Shown here: positions 47,999 to 62,997 of the stretch, piece by piece | Layout of the letters: each line of letters opens with the position of its first letter | Position numbering within the stretch: the first letter of the stretch is position 1 | NCBI RefSeq assembly: GCF_009914755.1 | Contig: NC_060936.1 | DNA length: 64,000 nucleotides | Source of the DNA: the human T2T-CHM13v2.0 reference genome, Homo sapiens | Strand: one strand, 5' to 3' | Made by a program: the position numbers and the translations under genes | The notes under the pieces: generated by a model | The model's database searches: none | Seen by the model: only the letters and a program-made list of their open reading frames with translations | What the model was told of the DNA's origin: nothing

Positions 47999-49504
47999 TT
48001 GTGGTGAAGAGCCGTAGAATAGGGTGAATGGTTGGAGAAGGAAGTGTTATTTTAAATGAAATCTTCAGGGTTCGCCTGATTGAGAAATTAACATTTGAAC
48101 AAAGATGTAAAGGAAGTGAGAGAGGTGAGATTTGAATGTTTTACTGCTATTAAACAGCGCGGTATCAATTATCAGGAGTCTGGCTCAGTCACTAACTGAA
48201 ATTGGTGATTCTGGCCAAGTATTTTACTTCTTTACCTGTAAAACAAACACAATAAAAATATCTACTCAAGATTGAGGAGAGGGAATATAAGACCATTTAT
48301 TGCACAAATACATTGCTCATTGCCAATGGGGGCTAGGCACGCAAAATGAACAGTACACAATCTCGTCCCTTCAGGAACTCATGTTCATTTCAATAATGAT
48401 TACACGCCAGCAATGAACAATGACAGTGTATTGCAAGGCTTTTTGGAGACTGTCATGTATTTTGCAATTGAATGGATATTGGAATGCAAAATTGCCTTTC
48501 TGATTTGTCCTTCTCTTAGAGCTGTGTATCACTGAATCTGACTGACTGGATCTTCTTAAAGCTTCTCATTGGCTGTCTCTCTCTTTCTGTAGCTTCTCCT
48601 ACCTCTCAGTCACTCATTCTCTATTTAATTCACTGACTCTTCTTATTCTTTCAGATCCTTTATAAATAATATACCTTAAGAATTCTTTCTCAGTCCTCTT
48701 TGTATTTATTTGTGCATGCTCTCTGTGGATAATTGAAATGTTATTGATTTTAAATATCAGCTCTAAAGACACAGCTACCTCTCCATCTTACCCAAATTCT
48801 TAATTGAGATGTAAGACAAGTCTGCAGATAGAGAATAAAATAACTTTTATATTGCTACAGTTAAGAAGGAGGACTCAGCTTTATATGGGGAGCAAATGAG
48901 TCAGCTAAATGGCCCTCGCAATTCCCTGCCCACTTACCACAGTTGGGGACCATGTCAAGTCTCTCCATTTTGAGTATCCTCCTGGGACCCCAGCAGGTAG
49001 TGTCAATTTGATCTGTAGCCTCTGTACCAACAGCAAAAATTTTGCTCTGTATTCCTTTGTCCATCCCAAATTATGTTCAGCCATGTTGTGCAACCTAGCA
49101 TGTTGGGGATTCTCCAGTAAAATTAAAGAACCACGTTAGGATACCCATATGATAAAAAAAAAATAAAGATTATCTAGTAAAAAATTTAACCCCAATAGAT
49201 AATCAAAATGTGAATATAAGCTCCCTGACATTATAAAATTACCAGAGAGAGGCTGAAGATTCAATAAAATTTCAATTTCAATAGAATTAAAATCAAAATC
49301 AAATTCCACATGAATTAAAAGTTCACAGAAAAGAGTCAAAAATTCATCTCTGTATGACCTACTATTCATGGTTGTGGTTGGAGATGTTCTCGATGCCTGG
49401 GTAGATTTCAGGCTCCTTTAGAAGTTCAAGCCTAGGGTGGCATGGATATGGTTCTTTCATATATCAGAATTTTATGCCTCATTTTTTAATGTAGAGATTA
49501 TTTA

Positions 49505-50006
49505 TTATTTATGTTTCCACTGAGGAGTGATTTACAAATAGTGTCATGTGCAGATGTTAAGTGTACAATTCAAGCAGTTTTGACAAATATATACACCCAC
49601 ACTTGCATTAAGTAGTAGAATGTTTCTGTCACTCCAGAAAATTCCCTTGAGCCACTTGCCAAGAAATTCCTGTCCATCAAGAAGGGGCCATTGTTCTGAT
49701 TTCTCTTACCAAAGATCAATTTTGCCTGATCCAGAAATATGTATACACAGAATCATAAAGTGTGTACTCTGAGGTGTCTTCTTTCACTCAGCATATTTTT
49801 TGAAATTCATTTATGTTGTTATATGTATTGATAGTTCATTCCTTTTTATTACAGAGTGATATTCTACTGCATAAATATACCACAGTGTAATGGTTTTTTT
49901 AAATTAATTCTCCTGTTGATGGATGTCTGAGCTGATTCCAGCTTCTTGGAGTTTATGATATGTACATAATGTACTTTTGATCTAAATACTTTCTGTTGGT
50001 ATAGAG

Positions 50007-50057
<51 letters not shown>

Positions 50058-50320
50058 CCACACTTGCATACATATATATATGGCAGTGTTGTACAAGGAT
50101 TCTAGTGAGTAAATTTTCATTTTTCTTGGATGAATACTTAGGAGTAGAATTCCTGAGTAATATGGTAGAAACATATTTAATTTTACAATAAACTATCAAA
50201 TAGATGTATAATTTTATACTCCTATGGTAATACTGAGAGTTTTGGTTATTAATTGTCTTTTTAATTTTATCCACTTGTAGGTGTGTAGCAGTATCTTATT
50301 GTGAGTTTAATATTTTTACC
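49505..50320 (-). mobile_element. L1ME/L1MD 3' region with an internal (TA)n at ~50009-50050
   Basis: AAGTGTACAATTCAAGCAGTTTTGACAAAT...TCACTCCAGAAAATTCCCT...CTTTCACTCAGCATA...TCTCCTGTTGATGGA. Confidence 0.8.
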
Positions 50321-50537
50321 TCACAGTAATGGCGTCCAAACTTCCAAGATTATTACAGCACTGGCCTCAAGTCAGTTAGTTTTTTTCAGACAGTACAGTC
50401 CCCAGCTCCTAGAATAGCTTTTCTCTTATGTAAAATTAGAAATTCAGTACTCAATGATATATTAAAGAAATAGCAAATCTCTTTCACATTATTTGAGTGA
50501 AGGAAAGCGTGGAAGGGGACATTCTGCTTGTTTCTAG

Positions 50538-50963
50538 TGTCATTAGGATGTCAGTCTAATCGATCCATTATCTATAACCAATGGACTTAATCTCAACTGA
50601 TAGAAACCTACCAGCAAGATGATAAATTAAATCCTAAGCATTTACTCTTCAGGGGGAAGCAAGATCTACTATGTTTGATACTTCTGAATTTTCTCCTTAG
50701 TTCCACCATCTTCCCCAGGTGGCTTTCAAGGTCACCTTGTTCAGCTGACTAAGCTGATGGAGAGGACTAAAGCAGAGAGGAAGGTACCAGGAAGGTTTAT
50801 ATGAGGCAGGGCTGAAAATGGTACACCACCATTACCACTCAAATTCCATCAGCGAAAACTCAATCATATGGACCCAGCTAACTGCAAGAGAGACTGGAAA
50901 TGGGATCTAGATGCAACCTGTAAGAAGAGAAAACAGGTCAAAACTAGCTAGTAGTCTCTGCAC
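50538..50963 (-). mobile_element. Old MLT1 (J/K-like) LTR
   Basis: ACTCAAATTCCATCAGCGAAAACTCAATCATATGGACCCAGCTAACTGCAAGAGAGACTGGAAATG...AGTCTCTGCACA. Confidence 0.65.
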
Positions 50964-51879
50964 ACCTCATTCTAGCCTGCAGTGCCAAGCCTTATGGTGA
51001 CTGTAATAGTGCTCTACACCAGCCCACACATTGAAATTGCCTGTTAATTGCTAAAACCATCATCGGTTTGCCAAAATCTGCTTGGCTGAAGTCCTTTGAC
51101 ACAATCTAAAAAGTGTTCAGACCTTTACTGAACCTCCTTTATGCACCTTCACCACCTGAGCACTTTTGGCAAGCCCAAGTATCTTTGCTGTGGTCTGAAA
51201 GCCTTTCTTGAGGTCTGTGTGTACTCAGGTTGCTGCCTCTATAGAAAGACCCCACTTGGGTGTGACAAACCTATTATAGTCTGAGGTCACTCACCTAAGT
51301 AAAAAACCTTTGACCCAAAGTTTTAAGCCTTCATTCAGGCTGCAGCAGTTTAAAGTGGATCCATATAACATTTCAAAAGCCACCAACATCAAAACATCCT
51401 GCCCGCATATAAAATTTAAAGCCCTAAGCCATATACTCTGGCAACACCAGATGCTTCATCACTCGCTATGTATATTTTGCCCCCCCAAATTATTCATTTC
51501 GTTTTTCAATGTTCCCAGCCAACATATATATATTTTTAAAAATGCTGGATCTTGATATCGCTTTTTCCAAAAGCCACAATTCTCAAATCCTCACCCTCAG
51601 CAGCAGAGGCTGTCTCAGCACAAGGATTAGTAGAGGGGAAAGTGACTGAAAGCACATACTGACTTCCAAGGATGGAAAAGGGCCAAGCATGCCGAGTTTC
51701 TTCTCACATTTAACAACCATGCCTCCATTCCCTGGTGCTGAGTACATGGAGAGATAGGAGACCTTACGAGTTCTTGTAGTTGAGCTTCCGTAAAATGGGA
51801 GTTAACACCAATGAAGAAGTGGTTCCCTGGCCCTTACAAACAAGAGCAGTGTCTATTTATCTGGCCCTTATCTCTTTCC

Positions 51880-52905
51880 TAAACTGGTCTAGAACCCTTT
51901 TTAGAAATCACTCAGTGACTTCCCATTGCTTTTAAAGGTCAAAATGCTTTAACTAGGCCGCAGGCCCTGCATAAACTTTCCCCAATCTGGCTCAACTTCA
52001 TTCCTTCCTCATCTTCCCTGTCGCTACCACACACCAGCCAAATTGACTTTCTTTCATATCCTTGAGCTAAGCAAGCTTATTTCTGCTTATTTCAGGACTT
52101 TTGAATGTGCCTAGAACAATCCCTGTGTCCCACTTCCCTTCACCCATTGTCCAAACTTTTTATCTAATTAATGTCCACATATCTTTCAAGTCTCAGCTTG
52201 AATGTCACTTATTCAGATGAGTCTTTATTGACTCCTTAGAGAGTATCAGGCTTCCCTTCATATTTAAATATCATCGTTAATTTCCTGAAAGAACTTAACA
52301 CAGTTGAAACTACTTAATTCTTTAATGATTTGTGTTTACTGTGTCTTTCTCCCATAAAATCTAAGCTTCACAGTGGAAAACATGTCTGTCTTAGTCATTC
52401 CTGTTTAAGACAATACTTGGCATTTAGTGGATGTTCAATAATTATTTGTTGAATTAATATATCTAAACTTAACGGGACTCTCATGATACGACCCTCAACA
52501 TAGATCATCAGTTAAAACTTACAAAAAAGACTAAGTTTTCCCAAACACACTACGCTGTCCCACAGTGATAACGTTACTTACAATTAATCTAGTACTGGAA
52601 TATTCTTGTTGTCTTACCTATGTCTGAAAGTGCCTTAACAAGCCTTCTATGCCAGCCTGTAGGATTATTATTTTCTCCATAAATCCATTCTGACATCTTT
52701 CATAGGTTGTCATCTCTTTCTTGCTTCTTTAGGCTAAAACAAAACAATGTACTTTGATACATTTTTCATTACAGTACAATTATGCGTGTCCCCTTTTTTA
52801 AGCCCCGATAAGACTATAGACTTCCTTAGAGGGGAGACTTATTCTCTCTAGCTACATCAGTGCCTGCTACAGTGCCTCATAAAGATGTTGTTCAATAAAC
52901 AGTAC
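51880..52905 (+). mobile_element. Two L2 3' relics
   Basis: TTCAAGTCTCAGCTTGAATGTCACTT...TGGCATTTAGTGGATGTTCAATAATTATTTGTTGAAT; second tail ACAGTGCCTCATAAAGATGTTGTTCAATAAA. Confidence 0.7.
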
Positions 52906-53549
52906 TGAATTTAATACCACAGGATATAAGTCTAAATCTCACTGCCATAGATCTAAAAAAGAACGGATGAAGATCATGATATAAAAGCCACAGTCTCAAA
53001 AATTTATTTATATCAGTCCATTGATATAAGCTTGCTATGAGCTGAGCCTCTCTCCCTTGTAAGGCTGTCTTTTCTTTTTTTTTTTCTTTATTTTTTTCAT
53101 GTTCTTTTAGAGCATAGATAACAATGGTGCACTTAAGCAATCTCCCTGAAGTAAGGAAAATCTGTACTGAAATGTTAGTTCTGCCCCTTACAAGCTTTAA
53201 CCATGAATTGTCTCCTAGACAGTGTCAAACCGATACTTTAAATTCCATATCTCTTGCATTTGTAAAGCACTCTAAAGTGGATACACTGCTTTTATTGACA
53301 TTTAATGGATTCTCCCCTAGATGCTATGCAAATGCTTTAAAAAGATCAAATTGTCTTTACCTAAAAACCAGCTGGCTATACTTACTAATCTATTTTTTTC
53401 AATTATTTTATTGTCCCTCAGGTACTAAAGAAAGAAAACTAGTGTCTTACATCTAGTAAGTACTCAAGCTCGATAAACTGTTTTTAAGACCTCCATGTCG
53501 TTATTTGATCAGTTGTGTGATATCACAGAAAAAGCATAGAATTTTCATT

Positions 53550-53772
53550 CAGAAGATAAACTTTTATGTATCTTAGCTCTACCACTTTCTAAAAACCACG
53601 TAGTTTTGAGCAAATCACTCTAGTTTTTGCTTTTGTAAAATGGAATTAAAAATAACACCCACCCTATTTCTTTCACTGAAAACTTTTTCCTAAAGTTTAA
53701 TTGCATGTATCTACGAATACTGTAAAACCCAATTCAAATAATCATGATAGAAGTCGTAAGTATTGCTGTTGT
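53550..53772 (+). mobile_element. MIR
   Basis: TATCTTAGCTCTACCACTT...TTGAGCAAATCACT...TGTAAAATGGAATTAAAAATAAC. Confidence 0.6.
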
Positions 53773-55324
53773 TCTCAGTATATAACTTGCTTATCATTTT
53801 TGATAATAAATTTATGTCAGATTGTACATTCTACCACCAACAGTGCTATACAGAAAGCAAATTCTCAATATTATAAATACTGTTTGAATTTAAACATAAA
53901 TGTATTTCTGATGGAAAAATATTAAATACATATATTTGTATTTATAAATGTAATAGTAGGTATTATGTGTATATTTATCCCTTTTTCTCAACTAAAATTA
54001 AGAATGTAAATATTTCAAGTATAAATTTTTGAGAAGCAAATGTCTATATTTAGAGTAGTGGATTTTAAACAAAACATGAGTTTTTGTCTTTTAGTGATTA
54101 GAAAAAGTAAACATAACTTATCCAGATAATTCTATCAATTCTCTCCACTCTGTCCTTATTCCAAAATTTCTAAACTAACTAGATGTGAGGAAAAATTGCA
54201 TCCAAAATAGTTTTAGGTGGAGATAACCAAATATTCAATTCCAGGTGTTTTTATGTTCATTGACAGTCATTCTATTCACTAATCTGAAATGGTAATGATT
54301 ATTACAGATTTTTTTCTTTCCTGAATTTTGAAATATTAGATTTAAAGTTGATGGTTTAAAAATCCTCATAGGTCCTTTTCCAGCAGTTCATTCTCAGTTG
54401 TAGGGAATTTGCAGAATCTGCACTAGTAAAAGTGCTGAAATTGACTCTCTCAGGGTCACAGGAGAAGGCTGCATGTGTGCATTCAGGTGCTCAAGGAAGT
54501 ATGCATTCTACTCCAGCAAGATGACTTGGCTTAATGCAACTTGCCTCGTTAATAACAGAGCCCACAAACACACAAGTCAGGGCTGAAGGCTTGCAATTGG
54601 GAGCAATATTCAGATTAAGTAAACACCGTCTCCTGGAAAAGATAGGAGTTGAAATCAACTCTGAGAGAACTCTCAGAGGATTCCAAAAAAATTCACCTCA
54701 CTTCCTCTTTTGGCTCAGAGGGTTCAGAAAAGCAAAGGAAGTAAGATATGACTCTATGTTCCAGAGCAGAGAAAAAAATATGCACTTGGCACCTTTTACC
54801 TTCAAAGTGCTGCACATGGCTTAGAATCAGGAATTGGGCCATTGTTTTATCTTTTTTCTACCTTAGCACAAAACAAAAGATTTGAGAATAACAGTAAATC
54901 AAGATCCTAAGGGTAGTTCAGTAGGCTGGAGAAGATTTTATGAGATGAGAGAAGAGGTAAGTAAAATTATTCCCAGAAGTAGAGCGAAGAAATGAAATCA
55001 TCTCTCCTTGTCTCTTGTGGGAAATGTGCCTTTTAATTCCTGAGAATAAGTGCACACAAAAGCTAAAATAGAGTTTGGTTTCTCTGAAATAGCAATCTTC
55101 AAAATATGTTCAGACTGCTTGACATACTAGTAAATGAATAACTGTGAAGAAAATTAACTAGAACATGTAGATATGTCTAGTAGATTCTTAACAATCTGCT
55201 TAGCTCCAGGTAAACATTTTGTTCAGAGTGGCATTGAGAGGGTGAGTTAGTCAAGCAATGGTTTGCAAATGCTTCCCATGTGGAAAAGAAACAACAGACA
55301 TTTGCCCCTGGTATAATATGGCTC

Positions 55325-55745
55325 CACACACACGCACACACACACACACACGCATGCATATATGCATAAAGATACACACAAACATATACATGCAGTTGTG
55401 TTTGAATATAGCACATATTTAGGTGTATACCATGTACATTATTTGTAAGCACAGATTACATAAATGATAAAAACGCTTCTGTAGCTGGTGATTACTTCTC
55501 AGACTGAGTGAAAAAATATTTCATGTGACACCTGAGTTATATCAATACATTAAAATTTGAAAAATATACAAGTCCTACAATAGAGGAATGAGGTTCAAGA
55601 AGAGTTAATTAAATAAGCCATACATATCATATGTGTGTCTATGTGCACATATAACCTACATGTACATATAATATTTGTATGTATGTATGTGTTTATGTAC
55701 GTTGGTTTTATATATATACTTACTTACATGCATATACATACAGAT
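55325..55745. repeat. (CA)n and TATG/TA-rich simple repeats
   Basis: Seen at 55325-55390 and 55620-55745. Confidence 0.7.
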
Positions 55746-56923
55746 ATATTATCAGTAAAGACAACTTTAACCATTAAGATAAACAATGTTTCTGAGGATA
55801 AACATCCTCAGATTTTCAAATTTGAGGCATTAAAAACATATTTTCCACTAAAACAAAGAATTAGCCCCAATTCTCCCCCAAAACACAGACATTTATATAC
55901 AACTGAATTTTGTTGTTGTTATTGTTTGCCTAGTCTCTATTTCCCATATTCCCACTCAATTTATGTGATTTGAATTGAGCTGGCCCTAATCCCAACCCCT
56001 TAGGAAGATAAAGTGATACAGAGCTGAACCATAATCTTTGTCATTGACAACAGTGATTGGTTCAGAAATGGTCCATGACCCTATATGGGAAAATTAGTTT
56101 CAAGCCCAAGGCTGGAGTCAAACTGTTACTATCAGAGAAACTGCCTGGAAATGGCATCAGCACAGAGGAAAGTAGAGCGGAGACCTAGAGAGAGCAAGGG
56201 AGTCAGTGTGTAGGTTTTAGAGTGGGTACCACAAATAAGGGAGAAGCTGCCATCTGAAATGGATACTTAGCAAACCAATATAATGTGAATAATCTAGGCC
56301 ATGTCAATGCTATAGACTGAGAGGAGGCTTAGAATTGTGTTATTGACTGGGCTGGGATCGATATATATCTTAACGACTCAGTGCTATTGCATGTCAGACA
56401 TACTATAATGATAAGGTGACTGATTTTTTTTCAAGGGATTGGGGAATAATTGAATAATATTGTCCATACTCTTTTATCCTTAAACCTTCCTCCAAAAGAA
56501 GGGCCCCATTTAATGTCATATAATGAAGCTGTCAAGGAAATGGAAAGACTTGGAAGGGATAATAAAGTTTCACCATCTGTTTTCCTCTCTAAGCTGTAGC
56601 AGAGCCTGAGGGAGCTGAGCCTCCTATGAATGAGCAGGGAAGGATTATAAAAGCCTCTTCTTGCCCTAGGTCCTTTCCAGTTGTGGGCAATATTAAAGAG
56701 GTAGCACCATCCTTATTGGGGTTTGGAGTGTTGTCCTTGGGAAGGGCACTTGGTATTTAAGTCACAACAAGGCATGGAACTAGAGGCTTAGGACTAATTC
56801 TGGACTCTGGGTTTTAAGGGGTGGATGAGTAAAAGGATAGGGGCTTTCCTCTCTGTTGTTTGGCTTCATTTAGCAGCCTAGGAAATCATATCAAGAATTT
56901 GTGGCTGTATTATTTTATATGTA

Positions 56924-57735
56924 CAATTATGCATTGCTAAGTCATGGGGATAAATTCTGAGAAATGCATCATTAGATGATTTCATCATTGTGCAAACATC
57001 GAAGAATGAACTTAAACCAATATGGTCTAGCCTACTACACACCTAGGCTACAGCCATGTACAGCATGTTACTGTACATGAATACTGTAGGCAATTGTTAA
57101 CACAATGGTATCTGTGTATCTAAACATATCTAGACACAGAAAAGCTATAGTAAAATACAGCATAAAAGAATTTAGAAAGGTACAACTGCATAGGGTACTT
57201 AGCAGGAGTGCAGCTTGCAAGACTGAAGGTTGCTCTGGGTGAGTCAATGAGTGAGTGGTGAGTAAATGTGAAAACCTAGGACATTACTATTCAGTACTTC
57301 AGATGTTATAAACTGTGTATCTAGGCTACACTAAATTTATATTGAATATATTTATATTTCTTCGATAATACATTCATCTTAGCTTACTGTAACTTTTTTA
57401 CTTTATAAACTCTTAAATTTTTCAGACTTGACTCTGACAATAACACTTGGCTTTAAACACAAACCCATTTTACAGCTGTACAAAAGTATTTTCTTTATAT
57501 CTTTTTTCTATAAGCTTTTTTTCTCAATTTTATTAAAAAATTTTTTTTTTTACTTAGAAAAAAATTGTTGACAACTAACACACAAACATCCATATTAGCA
57601 TAGGTCTACACAAGGTCAGGATCATCAAGACATCACGAGAAGATAGGAATTTTCCAGCACCATTTTAATTTTATGGGACTATCATTACATACGCAGTTCA
57701 TTGTTGACTTCATGTTGTTATGCAGCACATGACTG
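56924..57735. mobile_element. Tigger3 (Golem/MER7)-derived non-autonomous DNA transposon, both ends present
   Basis: TA|CAATTATGCATTG...TTCTGAGAAATGCATCATTAG...GTTGCTCTGGGTGAGTCAATGAGTGAGTGGTGAG...TTATGCAGCACATGACTG|TA. Confidence 0.88.
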
Positions 57736-60700
57736 TATTTGGCTGCATGTCATACAAATAGATAATGGCCAACTTAAACCGCAAGGGGATATATTACAAG
57801 TATGCTTGGATAACTCATAGAATTCAACCAAATACAATGCTAAATCTCTGGAAGAGTATAAACTAGTTTAGGTCAGGGAGTCTCAGCAATAGAAATTTGT
57901 AAAACTTTTCTTTAGACAGCTGGCATTAAGGTGAATTAGTGTTGCATTTTCATTCAAGATTCTCAATTTGAGGGAGAAAGTTTTTTATTAAATCTTAAAG
58001 CTATAGAAGGAGGTCAAAGTCACCTTCGGCCCACCTTTGGGTATCAGAAATGGTTGCATAGGTGAGAAATTATAAATAGGGCAAAAATGGCTTAGATTAT
58101 AAAAGAGAATATTTGACCAAGAAGAAAAAAAAGTGTACATTTGGCCAGAAAAATCCAACATTATATTTGGGAAACCCAACTGAAGTGATAGATAACTGGA
58201 TGGGTTGCAAAACTAATAGATAAGAAGGGAACAACCCACCCTTTCCCACTGAAAATAAAAATTTAAATTCTCATGTGCTGATCTTCAGGGATACACATGA
58301 ATGGGAAGATCTTTGAGTTGAATTTAACTCACTTCATAAGTGTTCTTGAGTGGAGGGAGCCTACAAAAGATAGAAAAGTGTTTAAAGAGAAAGCAACCTT
58401 AGCCCTTGAGTGTAGCAGAAATGAAGACAGAAAGGTACAAAATATGTCAGGAGCTTGGTATTAACTTGGGATTTAATAGATTAAGGGCTCCTGATTCAAT
58501 TATGATTATGTTGATTGAAACAGCTTAGGATATAGTGCAAACCACTGGGATTTTTCAGACCCTGTTTGAATCATCCTTCAAGATTATCTGAATCCCTTTG
58601 CTCAATCTGTATATTTACCCCAAACCTTCAGATGGCTATTTTTCTCCTGAGATAATAGTAGAATAGAAGCAATACAGGCCTTTTAACATACACTAACTGA
58701 ATTCTGCTCTGAACTGTATTAATTGCTTGAGGATTTAATGAGATAACACACGTAAAATTCTGGAAATACACTAGGTTCTCAGCAAATATAATTTTCTTTT
58801 CCTTGACTTTCCCCTTGATACTGTGAAAGAGATACTCAGGATGTTAGATATTTGCATTCTAATCTCTGCAAAGGTACATTCTTATTGTATATAGAAAATT
58901 TGGGGATAAATTTGTTGAGAAATCCCTCCTGAATTTGCTTACCATTCATCAATCTTGCAGAATATCTGAGTATCTAACGGAACTGGGAGCATCTAGTTTC
59001 TGTATGCAAACCAAGATCATTCCTTATCCTTTGTGGCTGCAAAAAGGCTTTGCTCATAAAGCAAGCAGCAAAGCAATATTCTTCTTTAAACATCTTTTAA
59101 TACAACACTGTCCAAGAGGCATGTATACTCCTGGATTGTTCATTCATTTCAATCACTGATGTGATCATTTGAAACTGGAGGAAGGTAGCTCTTTAGCATA
59201 TGGTCTCATTTTTCTTCTTAGCTTAAGTCAGAAACAACTTGGCTTCTCCTAGCAAATGGTTACTTGTGAATGATACTGGAGCATTTCCTAGGTTCTAGAA
59301 GTAGTTAAATATACCTATGTGTGTACCATATAGTATACAGTTGATGTATACCTAAATTTTCGCTAAGAAAAATTTTGGGGGGGAGATAAATCAACTCATT
59401 TGAAATGCATGGGCAAGTTTGTTCTTTGAAGACACCCACAAATAAATCCCTTTCCTAAATGATAATTTTAAATACAGATTTTTCATATATTGGATTTTCT
59501 AAAATATATAATTCATTCTTTATGTGAATCTATAAAATGTAACTTCAAAGGCAGAGTGACTCCGTAGTGACCATCAGCACACACATGCACACACACTCTC
59601 AGAGACATACACACACTCATTCACTCTCTAAAAATATCCATATGTAATTGACTAACAAATAAGTTGAAAGCTTTGGTAGTTTGTATGGCCACTGGTGAAG
59701 AAGCTTTGTTCTGCTACTTCAAATAAATATAACTAAACTCCTGCCGGGGATTGTATCAGACAAACAATAGTAACACTGTCTCTTTACTATAAACTCTGCC
59801 AGGGTAGACACAGGTCTTTGAGCTTTTAGGAGCTGAGCAGAAGGAACTCTTCACCATGTCTGCCCCCAGAAAGCATCTTTTTTATGACAAATGGCAACTT
59901 GTATTTATCGTTCCCCACTATTGGTGGTAAGGGAAACAGTTCAGCCTCCATTATCAAAAGAAAAATTAAAATTTAAACTGGAAAGAAATCCATGGTTTAT
60001 CTCACACAGTGCTTTTCAGACTGTCGAATTTCATGGACTAGCAGCATTTGAAAATATAACCCAAAATTCTAAAAAGTAAAATAACCAGAAGGAGGAAAGA
60101 TACTGATATAGAACTTTTATACAGTGAAAAAAGTATTAAAAAATACCACTGCCAGTTTGAAAATGGCAGCTTAGATTCAACATCTTTTTCTCTTTTTTTC
60201 TTAGAAAGCATTCAAAGCAGAAAGAAGACCATGAAAAAAACGTACAAAATACACTTTCAGTAAAATTGGGTGGTATCTGTATCCTCAAATTGTAGAATAG
60301 GAAGGCATTTTCAAGGGCAGTGGCAATAGAAGAGGAGTGTCACAAAGAACAGGAAAGCCACAAATGTCAGAATAGCAGAGTACTTTTCTAGAGCTACTTT
60401 CTGAAAAGTAAAACCTTAACCACCTGTTAGCAGCATCAAAAATGGGTGTACACATTAAGAACACACACTTCAAATTCATATATCTATATATATGAATGCC
60501 ACAGCTACTATTGCCATTGGTTCAAGAAAAGTATAAACTTTTCACCCCAAATATTGAGTCTAAGGAAAGTTTAGAAAAACTCTAGTTTCTCCTACTCATG
60601 AGCCCCTACAAATAAATGATAAAGTACACACTAACTTCAAAAATAAGTATTCTACATATAACCCAAAAATGATGGACACAAATATTCTACAATAATCAAA

Positions 60701-60944
60701 ATAAAGTAACAGAAATGCAGACATTAAACCTTTATAAGAAAATTATGTTCACGGAGTATCTTCAAATTGAGACCATATATTTTGTCATCATTAAAAATAT
60801 ATTAAAATTTTTCTTTATGAAATATAAATACAAAGAAGAGATGTAGTAGTTCAAGGAGGATATAACAATAAAACAGGAGGATATAAAACAGGAATTAATA
60901 TAGCTTGGGAACAAAGTGGAATAAAAAAATGGAAACAAAAAAAA

Positions 60945-61247
<303 letters not shown>

Positions 61248-61983
61248 AGTGAATAAAAATGAATTTCGAAGGTCTTATATATATTATATAAATATATAAT
61301 TTATATTTAATAAATTTAATATATATTATATAAATATACAAATATAAATATATGAATTTATATTATATGTATATGATTAAAGCACCAAAGAAAAATGTAG
61401 TTGCACACTGACTAAATATGTAAAAAAACTTTAATCTAGCACATGAATAGGTGCTCAGACTTATTAATTATTAAGAAAATATAAATTAAGACTTCAATCA
61501 AATACCACTACACAGATACTAGAATGGTTAAAATTAAAAGACTGACAGCCCCAAATATTGGGAGGACATGGGGTACCCACACTTACTGGTTACTGGTTGG
61601 ATCTAAGGTGATCCAACCACTTTTGGAAAAGGTTTAGTAGTCCTTTACAAAGATAAACATATATGTGCCTTAGACACAGAAATTCTAATTCTTGGTATTT
61701 ATTCAGTAAAAATAAAAAACATTCACTATAATAACCATGTATAGAAGAATATTTATACTAGTTTCATTAATAATTCACAGAGGAAAAGATATACAAAGAA
61801 TATAGTGTGGAATGATACTAAGCTATCAAAAGGAACAAATTACTAACATACCCAATATCTAAATGAATATCAGAGACAATATGCTGGGTGAAAGAAGCTG
61901 GATTCAAAATATCATATACTGTTTGATTCCATTTATGTGAAGTTCTAGAACAGGCAAACATAACTATATTTTTAAAAAATTTG

Positions 61984-62290
<307 letters not shown>

Positions 62291-62554
62291 TTGAAATAGC
62301 TGTTGTCTTTTGTAGGGAGACTAATTGAAAGGGGGCATAAGATAACTTTCTGGAGTGATAGAAACATATTTTATCTTGATGGGATTTGGGTTAAGAAGTG
62401 TATACATTTGTCAAAATTATGCAGTTAAGATAAGTAAATTTAAATGTCTGTACATTTAACTAAAAAAAAAAAAGACAGCCAATACTAATGAATAATCAAA
62501 TGAGAGTTACAGAGTAGGTGGAAGCACAGATAGAGCAAAAATGGCAAAATTTTG

Positions 62555-62950
62555 TTTCTGTTTTTGTGGCTTTTTTTCTTTTTTAATTAGTCATTTTTAA
62601 TTTTAATAGGTTTTTGGGGAACAGGTGGTGTTTGGTTACATGGATAAGTTCTTTAGTGGTAATTTCTGAGATATTGGTGCACCCACCACCTGAGCAGTAT
62701 ACCTTGTACCCAGTGTGTAGTCTCTTATTCCTCACTCCCCTCCCACCCTTTCACCCAAGTCCCCAAAGTCCATTGTATCATTCTTATGCTTTTGCGTTCT
62801 CATAGCTTAGCTCCCACTTATGAGCGACAACATACAGTGTTTGGTTTTCCATTCCTGAGTTATTTCACTTAGAATAATGGTCTCCAATTCCATCCAGGTT
62901 GCTGAAAATGCCATTATTTTGTTCTTTTTTATGGCTGAGTAGTATCCCAT

Positions 62951-62997
<47 letters not shown>
